Positions 10,807 through 20,391 of a stretch of DNA of 64,000 nucleotides are shown piece after piece (positions within the stretch are counted from its first letter, which is position 1; every line of letters starts with the position of its first letter). The position numbers and the translations under genes are program-made. Source of the stretch: Litorimonas sp. (GTDB lineage: Bacteria > Pseudomonadota > Alphaproteobacteria > Caulobacterales > Maricaulaceae). The notes beneath the pieces were generated by a model. The model was not told the DNA's origin, did no database searches, and saw only the letters and a list, made by a program, of their open reading frames with translations. Location: the NCBI GenBank assembly GCA_965205225.1, contig CBDBFZ010000001.1:24906-88905 (forward strand), read 5' to 3'.

Positions 10807-11547
10807 ATGTTCTCTCTGGAAGGAAAACGTGCATTGGTCACCGGCGCAACGGGCGGTTTGGGCGGCGCTATCGCTCGCAAACTCCACGCGGCAGGTGCGC
10901 ATGTCGCGCTGTCAGGCACACGGGCTGAGAAGCTCGAATCGCTGGCGTCTGAACTGGGTGACCACGCGGTTATTACGACGACAAACCTGTCTGACGGTGA
11001 TGCTGTCGATGCCCTGCCAGCGCAGGCCGCGGATGCGCTCGGCGGTTCAATCGATATTCTGATTGCCAATGCGGGAATCACTCGGGACGGCTTGCTGATG
11101 CGCATGAAGCAAGACGATTTTGACGAGGTCATCAAAATCAATCTGGAATCTTATTTTCGACTGACCAAGGCCTGCCTCCGCCCCATGATGAAGGCGCGGT
11201 CAGGCCGGATCATCGGAATCACCTCCGTTGTGGGCGTGACCGGTAACCCGGGGCAGACTAATTATTCGGCGTCCAAGGCGGGTATGATCGGGTTTTCCAA
11301 GGCTCTGGCTCAGGAAGTCGCCACACGCGGCATTACGGTCAACTGTATTGCGCCGGGCTTTATCAGTTCCCCTATGACGGATGAGCTGAACGAAGCTCAA
11401 CGGGACGCCACATTGACTCGAATCCCTATGGGAACGCTGGGTAGCAGCGATGATATCGCGCATGCCGCCCTTTATCTGGTCTCTGATGAAGCTAACTATG
11501 TGACGGGACAAACTTTGCACGTGAACGGCGGAATGGCGATGATTTAG
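10807..11547 (+). CDS. fabG: 3-oxoacyl-ACP reductase
   Basis: 246-aa SDR. It has the TGATGGLG cofactor motif, ...NYSASKAG... (YxxxK), and ends ...GQTLHVNGGMAMI. Confidence 0.92.
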   Translation: MFSLEGKRALVTGATGGLGGAIARKLHAAGAHVALSGTRAEKLESLASELGDHAVITTTNLSDGDAVDALPAQAADALGGSIDILIANAGITRDGLLMRMKQDDFDEVIKINLESYFRLTKACLRPMMKARSGRIIGITSVVGVTGNPGQTNYSASKAGMIGFSKALAQEVATRGITVNCIAPGFISSPMTDELNEAQRDATLTRIPMGTLGSSDDIAHAALYLVSDEANYVTGQTLHVNGGMAMI

Positions 11548-11722
11548 CACTGCGCTGTACGCAGTTTACTAGGGATTTAGACCCCTTGGCGGGGTAGCGA
11601 AACAGTGATCGCTGTGCTACTCGCGGGCGGGCAAAACCCGGCTGGGGTTGTATTTCAAGGGACTAACCCCGAACTAGCCAAAGAATTGACCGGAATCGTC
11701 CGGCACCGAATAAGGAAAATCT

Positions 11723-11959
11723 ATGTCTGACGTAATGACTCGCGTAAAAAAGATGGTCGTTGAGCATCTTGACGTGGAAGAAGAAAAAGTCATGGAAAAC
11801 GCACATTTCATCGACGATCTTGGCGCTGACAGCCTCGACAATGTCGAGCTGGTCATGGCCTTCGAAGAAGAATTCGATATCGAAATTCCGGATGATGCCG
11901 CTGAGCATATCCAGACTGTCGGCGATGCCGTCAAATTTATCTCCGAGAAAGTCGGCTAA
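11723..11959 (+). CDS. acpP: Acyl carrier protein
   Basis: 78 aa, with ...[27 protein letters not shown]... (DSL phosphopantetheine site). Confidence 0.96.
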   Translation: MSDVMTRVKKMVVEHLDVEEEKVMENAHFIDDLGADSLDNVELVMAFEEEFDIEIPDDAAEHIQTVGDAVKFISEKVG

Positions 11960-11971
11960 GGATACATCCTT

Positions 11972-13252
11972 ATGCGAAGACGGGTTGTCGTCACAGGCTT
12001 GGGCCTTGTCACGCCCGTCGGATGCGGTGTTGAAGCCGCATGGCAAAATATACTTGCAGGGCGTTCCGGCGCCCGCAGGATCACCGATTTTGATGTTTCA
12101 GACATTGCTTGCAAAATCGCGGCTTCGGTTCCTCGGAAAAGTGAGTTTCCAGATCGCGCTGACGCGTTCGACCCCGATGACGTGATGAGCGCGCGCGATG
12201 CGAAACGCATCGACGACTTCATTCTCTATTCTATTGCGGCGGCTGACCAAGCTCTGGCAGATGCCGATTGGGTCCCAAACGACTTGGGTGAAGAGGCTCA
12301 GCACCGCACCGGAGTTATGCTCGGGTCTGGTATTGGCGGCCTTCAGACCACCTATGATGCCTCGATCACGCTGCATGAAAAAGGCCCGCGACGGCTCTCA
12401 CCCTTTGTAATCCCGGCAATGCTGATTAATCTGGCATCCGGGCAAACGTCCATTCGCCACGGCCTTAAAGGCCCGAACCACTCTGTCGTGACAGCCTGTG
12501 CAACAGGTGCGCACGCGATCGGGGATGCAGGACGGCTTATCATGCACGGCGATGCCGACGTCATGGTCGCAGGCGGCGGTGAAGCCGCGATCAATCGGCT
12601 TGGAATTGCAGCCTTTGTGGCATGCCGAGCCATGACAACAGGCTTCAATGACACGCCCGAAAAAGCCTCACGGCCCTATGACAAGGATCGCGACGGTTTC
12701 CTGATGGGTGAGGGCGCTGGCGCTGTCGTTTTGGAAGAATATGATCATGCCAAGGCGCGTGGCGCGACGATCTATGCTGAACTTTGCGGTTATGGCCTGT
12801 CGAGCGATGCATTTCACATCACCAGCCCTGTGCCCGAAGGCGAAGGCGGTTACAGGGCGATGAAAGCAGCGCTTGGGAACTCCGGGTTGGCCGCATCCGA
12901 CATCGGCTATGTCAACGCGCACGGGACCTCGACACCAATGGGCGATGAGCTGGAAATCAAAGCCGTTGAAAAGCTCCTGGGCGACCATGCGCCGAATGTT
13001 CTGATGAGTTCGACGAAATCTGCGACGGGACATCTGCTCGGGGCTGCGGGCGCGATCGAAACGATCTTCTCGATACTGGCTTTGCGTGACGACTTGGCGC
13101 CGCCCACGCTCAATCTTGATAACCCCAGTGTCGAAACAGCGCTTGATCTGGTCCCTCACACCGCCAAGCCGTTCAAAGCGAAAGCGGTCATGAGCAACAG
13201 TTTCGGGTTTGGCGGCACGAATGCCGCAGTGATCTTCGCCAAGGTTGATTAG
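11972..13252 (+). CDS. fabF: 3-oxoacyl-ACP synthase II
   Basis: 426 aa. Contains ...NHSVVTACATGAHAIGD... (active-site Cys), ...NAHGTSTP... and ...SNSFGFGGTNA.... Confidence 0.92.
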   Translation: MRRRVVVTGLGLVTPVGCGVEAAWQNILAGRSGARRITDFDVSDIACKIAASVPRKSEFPDRADAFDPDDVMSARDAKRIDDFILYSIAAADQALADADWVPNDLGEEAQHRTGVMLGSGIGGLQTTYDASITLHEKGPRRLSPFVIPAMLINLASGQTSIRHGLKGPNHSVVTACATGAHAIGDAGRLIMHGDADVMVAGGGEAAINRLGIAAFVACRAMTTGFNDTPEKASRPYDKDRDGFLMGEGAGAVVLEEYDHAKARGATIYAELCGYGLSSDAFHITSPVPEGEGGYRAMKAALGNSGLAASDIGYVNAHGTSTPMGDELEIKAVEKLLGDHAPNVLMSSTKSATGHLLGAAGAIETIFSILALRDDLAPPTLNLDNPSVETALDLVPHTAKPFKAKAVMSNSFGFGGTNAAVIFAKVD

Positions 13253-13260
13253 GGCCTGAC

Positions 13261-14304
13261 ATGGCCCGCACCCGCCGATCCCAACACGACAGAGCGCTTT
13301 GCCGGAAGAACCTGATCAAGCTGGTAATTGTGGCGCTTGGTGGATTGATCACGCTTGGCATAGGCTTTCTGATTACGGGCTATTCCTATGTGAACTTCCG
13401 CTATGAGCGCATGCCTGACCCCAGTGCCGAGACTGCGGTGACCTTTTACGTTCCGCGCGGCTCCGGTCTCTCCTCCATTGCCAACCGGTTGGAAGCCACA
13501 GACCTGATCGACAATGCGGATGTATTCAAACTGGTGACGCGGCTGCGCGGTAATGAAGCGAATTTCAAAGCGGGTGAATTTGCCGTCATACCGGGCAGTT
13601 CCATGGCCTTGATCTATGACCAGCTCGCCAATGGCCGTGCCATTCTCTACCCGTTTACAGCGCCCGAAGGTATGACATCCGCGCAGGTGGTGCGCGCGCT
13701 GGATAGCAAGCTGACGCTCGTTGATGACGACCCTGCCGTGCCTGCGGAAGGGACCTTGCTGCCTGAAACCTATCTGACCCCGCGCGGCATGACTCAGTCG
13801 GCGCTGCTGGCGAAAATGGCAGACGCGCAGACGGCCCTGCTGGATGAGCTATGGTCCAACCGCGCGCCAGATCTGCCGATCAAGACCAAAAGAGAGGCCA
13901 TTATCTTGGCCTCGGTTGTCGAGAAGGAAACCAGTATTGGTATGGAGCGCGACAAGGTTGCCGGCGTATTCACGAACCGGCTGCGGCGCGGCATAAGACT
14001 GCAAAGCGACCCGACCATCATCTACGGCATAACTCAGGGAGAACCGATCGGCCGCCGCATCTACCAATCTGAAATTGATCGCACGACAGACTGGAATACC
14101 TATCAGATACCGGACCTCCCGAAGACGCCGATCTGCAATCCGGGAGCGGATGCAATCCGGGCTGTTCTCAATCCGGCTGAGACGGACGCCTTGTTCTTTG
14201 TGGCAGATGGGACGGGTGGCCATGCTTTCGCGGCGACGCTGCAGGCGCATGAACGCAACGTTGCGCGCTGGCGCAAGATTCAGAGAGACCGAGGACTGCG
14301 ATGA
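13261..14304 (+). CDS. mltG: Endolytic murein transglycosylase (YceG-like)
   Basis: 347 aa. An N-terminal TM helix is followed by a YceG-like domain (...LASVVEKETS...QSDPTIIYG...YNTY...). It holds the conserved position after fabF. Confidence 0.8.
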   Translation: MARTRRSQHDRALCRKNLIKLVIVALGGLITLGIGFLITGYSYVNFRYERMPDPSAETAVTFYVPRGSGLSSIANRLEATDLIDNADVFKLVTRLRGNEANFKAGEFAVIPGSSMALIYDQLANGRAILYPFTAPEGMTSAQVVRALDSKLTLVDDDPAVPAEGTLLPETYLTPRGMTQSALLAKMADAQTALLDELWSNRAPDLPIKTKREAIILASVVEKETSIGMERDKVAGVFTNRLRRGIRLQSDPTIIYGITQGEPIGRRIYQSEIDRTTDWNTYQIPDLPKTPICNPGADAIRAVLNPAETDALFFVADGTGGHAFAATLQAHERNVARWRKIQRDRGLR

Positions 14305-14314
14305 GATATTTGCG

Positions 14315-14962
14315 ATGAGCGATCTTGATAGTCTGAAGGAACAGAGGCGAGGCCTCATGATCGTGCTGTCTTCGCCCAGCGGAGCCGGAAAAACGACGAT
14401 GACGCGGCGCCTGCTGGCCCAAGATCCGCAGATTGCCATGTCTGTCTCTGTCACGACTCGATCCCAGCGTCCGGGCGAGCGCGAAGGAGAGGATTATTAC
14501 TTCATCACCAAGGATAAATTTTCTGAGCTTGAAGCAAGCGGCGAGCTTCTCGAACATGCTCGCGTTTTCGACAATTATTACGGTACACCGCGTGGACCTG
14601 TTGAGAAAGCGCTGGCGGACGGCAAGGACATTGTTTTCGATATTGACTGGCAAGGCGCGCAGCAATTAACGGAAGCGGCGGCTGACGATCTGGTGAAGAT
14701 ATTCATCCTGCCCCCCAATATGCGCGAGCTAGAGCAGCGCCTGCAGACTCGCGCGCAGGACAGCGATGACGTTATTGTCAAACGGATGAGCAAATCTGAG
14801 AATGAAATCAGCCATTGGGCTGAATATGACTATGTTCTCGTCAATGAGAATATCGACCGCGCCATGGGGGAGCTTCTGTCCATTGTCACGGCTGAACGTA
14901 TGCGCCGTAAACGCCAACCTTGGCTGAGTGGGTTTGTGAAAAGCCTGATCGAAGGTAGGTAG
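14315..14962 (+). CDS. gmk: Guanylate kinase
   Basis: MSDLDSLKEQRRGLMIVLSSPSGAGKTT... (P-loop) ...YYFITKDKF...YYGTPR.... The ATG at 14315 is in frame within the longer track ORF 14075..14962. Confidence 0.9.
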   Translation: MSDLDSLKEQRRGLMIVLSSPSGAGKTTMTRRLLAQDPQIAMSVSVTTRSQRPGEREGEDYYFITKDKFSELEASGELLEHARVFDNYYGTPRGPVEKALADGKDIVFDIDWQGAQQLTEAAADDLVKIFILPPNMRELEQRLQTRAQDSDDVIVKRMSKSENEISHWAEYDYVLVNENIDRAMGELLSIVTAERMRRKRQPWLSGFVKSLIEGR

Positions 14963-15020
14963 ATCTCGAATAATAATCCGACAGAGGGAACTAGGCGGGC
15001 CTTCGCGCGCTAGTAACAAG

Positions 15021-15532
15021 ATGACCCCAGACGCACTTAAAAATCGGAAGCATAGCGTCTTTATTTGGGTAAGCCGGGCTTTGCTGACCGCCTCCATAAC
15101 GGCAGGTGTTTTTACGGGTAGCTGGGATCAGGTGTTTCTGGCTGCTGTTGTCTTTGCCCTGATGCTTTTGCCATGATTGGCACAGTAATCATGCTGATCT
15201 TTATATGAGGCGACCGTTTGTTCGCCCCGCCCCTGCTCCTGGCGACAATGGCGTTTTCCTTCGCCGTGTCCATTGGCACTCTGTGGGAAGTTTTCGAGTT
15301 TGGCATGGATATACTGTTCGGACTAAGCATGCAGAAATCCGGCGTCATAGATACGATGGACGATCTTATCGTTGATGCGATTGGCGCGGGCTACTGGTAG
15401 CTGAAACGCGACGGAACCAAATTCCTGCCGCTGACGATTGAAAAGTTCGTTGAGGACAATCCACACGTGTTCGAGGCGGCCCCGGCTAAACCAGACTTGC
15501 CCGACACAGTTGCTGAAACATCTCCACACTGA
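15021..15532 (+). pseudogene. Decayed membrane-protein gene (one frameshift plus in-frame TGA and TAG)
   Basis: The ATG at 15021 opens MTPDALKNRKHSVFIWVSRALLTASITAGVFTGSWDQVFLAAVVFALMLLP, which stops at 15174-15176. The hydrophobic sequence continues in the next frame: MIGTVIMLIFI-TGA(15206-15208)-GDRLFAPPLLLATMAFSFAVSIGTLWEVFEF...DAIGAGYW-TAG(15398-15400)-LKRDGTKFLPLTIEKFVEDNPHVF.... The family is uncertain. Confidence 0.5.
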
Positions 15533-16340
15533 TCGTTTCCGGCCGGGCTTGCGGATCGACATTCGCGCGTTCCAGCCATTCTGCCAGATTGAGACCCTTA
15601 CGCTTCGCGAAGCCTTTTAAGGAGGCTCGCAGCATTTTCCTGCGTTGACCGAAAGCGGCCTGAGTGAGTTCGCCCAATGCGCTTAGATCCTCGAACGGAG
15701 ACTCCAGCGGATCAATGACAATGACCGCGCTATCGACTTTGGGTGGCGGCGTGAACAGGTGCGCCGGAACTTCCATGGCAATGCGGCAATCACCGACACT
15801 CTGGCACAGCACGGCAAGACGACCGTAAGCGCTCTCGCCGGGTCGGCCACAGACTCGCTGGGCCACTTCCAGCTGGAACATGAGCACCATCTGTTCCCAG
15901 AACCGCGGCCTAGCGCGGATCCAGTCAACCAGCATCTTCATACCAACATTATAGGGCAGATTGGCCACGATCTTGCGGGGACCGGGCAGGACTCTGGCAA
16001 TGTCGAGTTTAAGTGCATCGCCATGATAAACGGCGAGTTTGCCGCTGGCCCGGGTAATATCATCCAGCAGTGGAAGGAAGCGGTCATCCATTTCGACCGC
16101 GACGACCGACTCAGCCCCTTCAAGAATGAGAGCCCGCGTCAGGCCGCCCGGTCCGGGACCAATTTCAGCAACATGAATTCCGTCAAGCGGGTCGGCGAGC
16201 CGCGCAATCATGCGGGTCAGATTGAGATCAAGCAGAAAATGCTGACCCAGTGATTTATCCGCGCGAAGACCGTGTATTCTTACCGTTTCATGCAATGTCG
16301 GCAGCGCGTGCATGGAATCATCCATGACGGTTTCTGGCAA
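15486..16340 (-). CDS. rsmA: 16S rRNA (adenine1518/1519-N6)-dimethyltransferase
   Basis: Contains ...LGQHFLLDLNLTRMIARLA...VAEIGPGPGGLTRALI.... It lies downstream of pdxA as in surA-pdxA-rsmA clusters. The exact start is uncertain (several in-frame Met codons at 16313-16340). Confidence 0.9.
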   Translation of the reverse strand: MPETVMDDSMHALPTLHETVRIHGLRADKSLGQHFLLDLNLTRMIARLADPLDGIHVAEIGPGPGGLTRALILEGAESVVAVEMDDRFLPLLDDITRASGKLAVYHGDALKLDIARVLPGPRKIVANLPYNVGMKMLVDWIRARPRFWEQMVLMFQLEVAQRVCGRPGESAYGRLAVLCQSVGDCRIAMEVPAHLFTPPPKVDSAVIVIDPLESPFEDLSALGELTQAAFGQRRKMLRASLKGFAKRKGLNLAEWLERANVDPQARPETISVEMFQQLCRASLV

Positions 16341-17331
16341 TTTCGCGGGCTTTTCGCACAGCTGCGATCAGGCTTTCAGGCCGGGCACCTCCCTGACCGG
16401 CAATATTGAAGGCTGTTCCGTGGTCCGGTGAGGTTCTTACAATGGGCAGTCCCAGCGTAACATTGACACCGCGGTGGAAATCCAGCGTTTTCACCGGGAT
16501 CAGGCCCTGGTCGTGATACATGGCCAGCACGCCATCATATGTCAGGCGGGCCTCTGAATGGAACAATGTATCGGCGGGCAGGGCATCGCTGATAACATGT
16601 CCTTCCGCGCGCAGAAGACGGCAGACCGGATTGATGATGTCGCGTTCTTCCGTGCCGAGCGCGCCATTTTCGCCGGCATGAGGATTGAGACCACAGATCG
16701 CGAGACGCGGGTGATCTATGCCGAAATCCCGTTTCAAGGCACCGAGCAGGGTCCGCGCGGCATTCATGACGATATCAGAGGTAAGCGCGTTGCTGGTCAT
16801 CTTCAGGGGAATATGGATCGTGGCCAATCCAACCCGTAATTCCCGGCTGTCGCCATCGGGCGCCGTCAGCATCATGACAGGACCGGCATGGTAGGGCGGC
16901 TCCGCGTCACCGCAAAGCGCACCAAGATATTCCGTGTGCCCGGGGAAGGAAAAACCAGCACGATACAGCACATCCTTGGAAATCGGATTCGTGACAACGG
17001 CATCCGCACGACCTGATAAAGCAAGCGTAACGGCCGTCTGGATGCTGCGCTTGATTGTATCGGCATGGTCCGGATCGGCCTGTCCGGGGATGGTCGCATT
17101 GCCCTGAATAGGCACTATTGGGAGCGCATGGCGGAACTGATCGGGAGCTTCGGAAATACTCTCAAGCACGGCAATGGGATGGTCAGATCGTGAGACGCGG
17201 TTCAAAACTGGGGGCGGAGCAATAACCGCAAAAGCGAGCTCCGGTGTCTGGCGTAAGCGCTCCCATGCTTTCCAGGTGATTTCCGGGCCTATGCCAGCCG
17301 AATCGCCCATGGTCAGGGCGAGCGGGCGCAT
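16318..17331 (-). CDS. pdxA: 4-hydroxythreonine-4-phosphate dehydrogenase
   Basis: 337 aa. Contains ...MGDSAGIGPEI...GHTEYL...GLNPHAGENG...VRTSPDHGTAF.... Confidence 0.9.
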   Translation of the reverse strand: MRPLALTMGDSAGIGPEITWKAWERLRQTPELAFAVIAPPPVLNRVSRSDHPIAVLESISEAPDQFRHALPIVPIQGNATIPGQADPDHADTIKRSIQTAVTLALSGRADAVVTNPISKDVLYRAGFSFPGHTEYLGALCGDAEPPYHAGPVMMLTAPDGDSRELRVGLATIHIPLKMTSNALTSDIVMNAARTLLGALKRDFGIDHPRLAICGLNPHAGENGALGTEERDIINPVCRLLRAEGHVISDALPADTLFHSEARLTYDGVLAMYHDQGLIPVKTLDFHRGVNVTLGLPIVRTSPDHGTAFNIAGQGGARPESLIAAVRKAREIARNRHG

Positions 17332-17338
17332 ATCCAGC

Positions 17339-18619
17339 TTAGCCCCGTACCGAGATTGTGGCCTTGCGGCGCAAATCCCGTAAATGGCGGCGTGAGGCCT
17401 GGGCCAGTCTCGTATCTAGTAAGCGATTTTCGATTTCATCACGGGTCGGGATTTCCGATCCAGTCGCCTGGCGTTCGCAAACAACAATACCGACAGCGCC
17501 CGTGGGACGTTTGATGGGAGCTGACATTTCGCCCACACCGGTATCGGCCATTTGTGAAAGAATCTGCTCACCGAGATCCGAGGCCTTCAACTCGCCCATT
17601 GACGCCGTCGTAACGTCGTCATTCGCGTCAGCGATATCGTCCAGCATATCGCAATTGATCACCTCGACGCGTAAGCTTTCCAGCCGGGCGCTCGCCGTTT
17701 CGAAGTCGTCTGCCGTGACCGCAAGTTGGGATAATTTGTAAAGTGTGTCAGGGGTCGAAATCTTCCGCTCGAACATTGCGACAACATAGACGCCGCCCGG
17801 AACCACGATGGGCTCTGAAACTTCGCTATCATCCAGTTCCGGCAGGACGGCCGAAATTTCCGGACGAAGATCGCTGGCCTTAACATATCCCATATCGCCG
17901 CCAGCGGCGGCTGACGGGGCACTGGAAAATTGCTGCGCCAGAAGGTTGAACGGGGCGCCTTGCGCAAGCTGGGCAATCATCGCGTTGGCACCTTCAAGAG
18001 CGCCTTCACGTCCACCGATTTCGGGTGTGGCTTCGATATAGATTTCTGAGAGCCGAAAAGACGGTTGGTCAGCATTGGCGGAGATGCGGTCCAGCGTCTC
18101 GTCAATGACGGTATCAGAGATACGAATTCGCCGTCTAAACAGGCCATTGACGATTTCCTGCCAGGCGATTTCGGATCGAACCTGGTCGCGCAATGTTTCA
18201 ATTGACACGCCGACCGCCGCCAGACGTTGCACGACTTCCTGTGGGTCCAATCCGTTACGTCTGATCAGAGCGCCGACAGACTGGTTGACTGTGCCGTCCG
18301 CAATACTGAGATCGAATTTCTCAGCTTCCTGCATCTGTAAATGTTCATCAATCAGATTGCGAAGGGCCTGATTCTGGATCCGGACCAATGTCGCCTCATT
18401 ACGTTCCACGCCGGTCGTGGCCAACATGAACAGAACGCGCTGACGCAAATCGTGGCTCGTAATGATGTCACTATTAACAACGGCCGCAATGGAGTGGGCA
18501 GCAGGCGATGAGGTCTGTGCGCCATCCTGCGCAACCGCCGGGACAACGATAAACCCGGAACTCAACAACAAGCCTGCCGTCAGGGCGATCTTGTTCGGCG
18601 ATATTCTCACATGACCCAT
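17339..18619 (-). CDS. surA: Periplasmic chaperone / peptidyl-prolyl isomerase SurA
   Basis: 426 aa. A signal peptide is followed by a SurA N-domain-like region and a parvulin-like region. It lies upstream of pdxA-rsmA. Confidence 0.82.
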   Translation of the reverse strand: MGHVRISPNKIALTAGLLLSSGFIVVPAVAQDGAQTSSPAAHSIAAVVNSDIITSHDLRQRVLFMLATTGVERNEATLVRIQNQALRNLIDEHLQMQEAEKFDLSIADGTVNQSVGALIRRNGLDPQEVVQRLAAVGVSIETLRDQVRSEIAWQEIVNGLFRRRIRISDTVIDETLDRISANADQPSFRLSEIYIEATPEIGGREGALEGANAMIAQLAQGAPFNLLAQQFSSAPSAAAGGDMGYVKASDLRPEISAVLPELDDSEVSEPIVVPGGVYVVAMFERKISTPDTLYKLSQLAVTADDFETASARLESLRVEVINCDMLDDIADANDDVTTASMGELKASDLGEQILSQMADTGVGEMSAPIKRPTGAVGIVVCERQATGSEIPTRDEIENRLLDTRLAQASRRHLRDLRRKATISVRG

Positions 18620-18632
18620 GTGTGAACCTTCC

Positions 18633-18824
18633 TCATATGGCAGTCATTAAGCGGTTCTGCCGCCAGCAATCTGACGCTGCCTTAAACGGATGCAGGCGCG
18701 GCGGCAATCCAGACGCGCGGTCCATTACATAGTTTGAGTTCAACGGGTCGTCGCTCAGCATTTTCTGGCAGGCGGTCAGAGCGATGACGACAACCCGCGA
18801 ACTGACAATTCTAACCAGCCTCAT
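18633..18824 (-). CDS. Small hypothetical lipoprotein (lipobox LTAC)
   Basis: 63-aa ORF MRLVRIVSSRVVVIALTACQKM.... Its stop is 14 nt upstream of the surA start. No recognised family. Confidence 0.3.
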   Translation of the reverse strand: MRLVRIVSSRVVVIALTACQKMLSDDPLNSNYVMDRASGLPPRLHPFKAASDCWRQNRLMTAI

Positions 18825-18829
18825 TCTGT

Positions 18830-19081
18830 CTACCGGTAAGGATCTCCGAGCATTCGGGCGATGGACCGGCCATTTTCCACCAGCGCTGCAACATCAACGC
18901 TGACAGATTGATTGCAGTCCGGATGGTGTTCTTCTTCCTTATAGTAACCCGCATTGAACGCCCGGGTCAGATCGCGTTGCAGAGCGGTGTCGGTCGCCGC
19001 CTCAATTTCGAGCAGCCCGGCCATGTATTCGCGCCATTGCTGGTCGCCGAGTCCGAAGCAGAGCGTACGAAGATAATGCAT
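18830..19081 (-). CDS. Hypothetical protein
   Basis: 83-aa ORF. Its start codon directly abuts the stop of the upstream 50-aa ORF (TAAATG). No recognised family. Confidence 0.35.
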   Translation of the reverse strand: MHYLRTLCFGLGDQQWREYMAGLLEIEAATDTALQRDLTRAFNAGYYKEEEHHPDCNQSVSVDVAALVENGRSIARMLGDPYR

Positions 19082-19234
19082 TTATCCGAGATTCTTTGCG
19101 AGCGCTTCGGACAGGATGGTCATTGTTACCATATAGACTTCGACACGTAGCTGCTCCGCCTTATCGACCACCGAATCTTGAGTCAGCGCTGCAAGCGGCG
19201 TCATGAGCAGAATTATGGCAAGCCACAGTTTCAT
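19082..19234 (-). CDS. Small hypothetical secreted or membrane peptide (50 aa; below the ORF-track cutoff)
   Basis: Manual translation gives MKLWLAIILLMTPLAALTQDSVVDKAEQLRVEVYMVTMTILSEALAKNLG, with a signal-like N-terminus. It is tightly coupled to the next ORF. Confidence 0.3.
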   Translation of the reverse strand: MKLWLAIILLMTPLAALTQDSVVDKAEQLRVEVYMVTMTILSEALAKNLG

Positions 19235-19238
19235 AGGC

Positions 19239-19712
19239 CTACGCTAGCGGCCCTTCATTCGCAGCGCGAGGCTGGATTGCAGAATAGGCATCTTGAATAA
19301 CCTCGACTGTTTTGGGCCACATGCCAAGAGCACTGACCGAGTCTATCGCAAAAAACTGGGCCTCAAGTGCATCGTCGGCCCCTTCGGGAGTACCGCTTTC
19401 CCAAACGGCAACATAGTCGTGCAGGCGGTAGCGAACGCCTTCAAACTCTGCATCGACCGTCGCAATTTTAGGACCGAGCGTGGCGTCTACACATGTTTCT
19501 TCTCTGAGCTCTCGGATCGCCGCGTCCTGCTCACTTTCGCCGGGGTCGATGCGGCCACCGGGCAGGGACCATTCGCCCTGTCTTGGCGGTTGGCCACGTT
19601 GGATCAGAAGCACTTCATGACGTCGAAAGCAAATTACGCCCACGCATTCTGTTCGATCTGTCGTATGTGTCTGCATTGCGCTCCTTCTGCCTTGTGCTAG
19701 CCCGCTTGTCAT
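19239..19712 (-). CDS. Nudix hydrolase
   Basis: Nudix box GGRIDPGESEQDAAIRELREETCV. The true start is probably the internal Met at 19676 (MQTHTT...), because the 19712 start overlaps the divergent yedK start. Confidence 0.8.
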   Translation of the reverse strand: MTSGLAQGRRSAMQTHTTDRTECVGVICFRRHEVLLIQRGQPPRQGEWSLPGGRIDPGESEQDAAIRELREETCVDATLGPKIATVDAEFEGVRYRLHDYVAVWESGTPEGADDALEAQFFAIDSVSALGMWPKTVEVIQDAYSAIQPRAANEGPLA

Positions 19713-20391
19713 GTGCGGTCGCTATGTTTTGGATACCACGCTCGAAGATCTGAAGGCAGAATATGCCGCCGATATTTCTGACGAGGGTTACTGGGATTAC
19801 GATCCCAACTTCAATATCTGCCCGACGGATGTCGTTCCGGTTCTTGCGTTTGACGGAGCGAAACGCCGCAAACTTGTGTCGATGCGCTGGGGATTGCACC
19901 CGCACTGGAGCAAAGTGAGCCCAGCAGAGAGCCCTTATGCGCCGCTGTTAAATGCCCGCGCCGAAACGGCGAGCGAAAAGCCGTCATTCCGTACGCCCTG
20001 GAAGCGACGTCGATGCCTGATCCCCGCGACGCACTGGTATGAGTGGACTGGCGAGCAGGGCGGGAAGATTCCCTGGTGCATCAAGCCGGAAGCGGCCGAG
20101 TATTTTGCCTTTGCGGGATTGTGGGATCTCTGGTGGGTTGATGAGGGGATAAATCTGCTGAGCTGCACCATCATAACAACTGACAGTGATGGGCCGTTGC
20201 AGCAACTCCATCACCGAATGCCCGTGCTCTTGTCGCAATCTCAGTGGAATGATTGGCTGGACCCCGACGCCAATCCTGATAGGATCATCAAAACCAAGTT
20301 GACGGCTGAGGATCTCATCTTCTGGGAGGTTGATCGGGCTATGAATTCGAACCGGTCGAGCGGGCCTGAGCGGATCGCACCAGTCGCCTAA
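19711..20391 (+). CDS. yedK: SOS response-associated peptidase (SRAP/YedK family, abasic-site processing)
   Basis: 226 aa starting MCGRYVLD... (catalytic Cys2), then ...NARAETASEKPSFR...CLIPATHWYEW... Confidence 0.85.
   Translation: MCGRYVLDTTLEDLKAEYAADISDEGYWDYDPNFNICPTDVVPVLAFDGAKRRKLVSMRWGLHPHWSKVSPAESPYAPLLNARAETASEKPSFRTPWKRRRCLIPATHWYEWTGEQGGKIPWCIKPEAAEYFAFAGLWDLWWVDEGINLLSCTIITTDSDGPLQQLHHRMPVLLSQSQWNDWLDPDANPDRIIKTKLTAEDLIFWEVDRAMNSNRSSGPERIAPVA

Noticed and set aside
10464-11141. 225-aa minus-strand ORF
   Set aside because: It is antisense to the fabD/fabG junction. Both plus-strand genes carry diagnostic active-site motifs.
11548-11722. 175-bp fabG-acpP intergenic region with a short hairpin (ACTGCG-CTGTA-CGCAGT) as a possible terminator or regulatory RNA
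   Set aside because: The stem is only 6 bp with no T-run. A long leader before acpP is common. Nothing here is specific enough to report.
13849-14454. 201-aa minus-strand ORF
   Set aside because: It is antisense to mltG and gmk.
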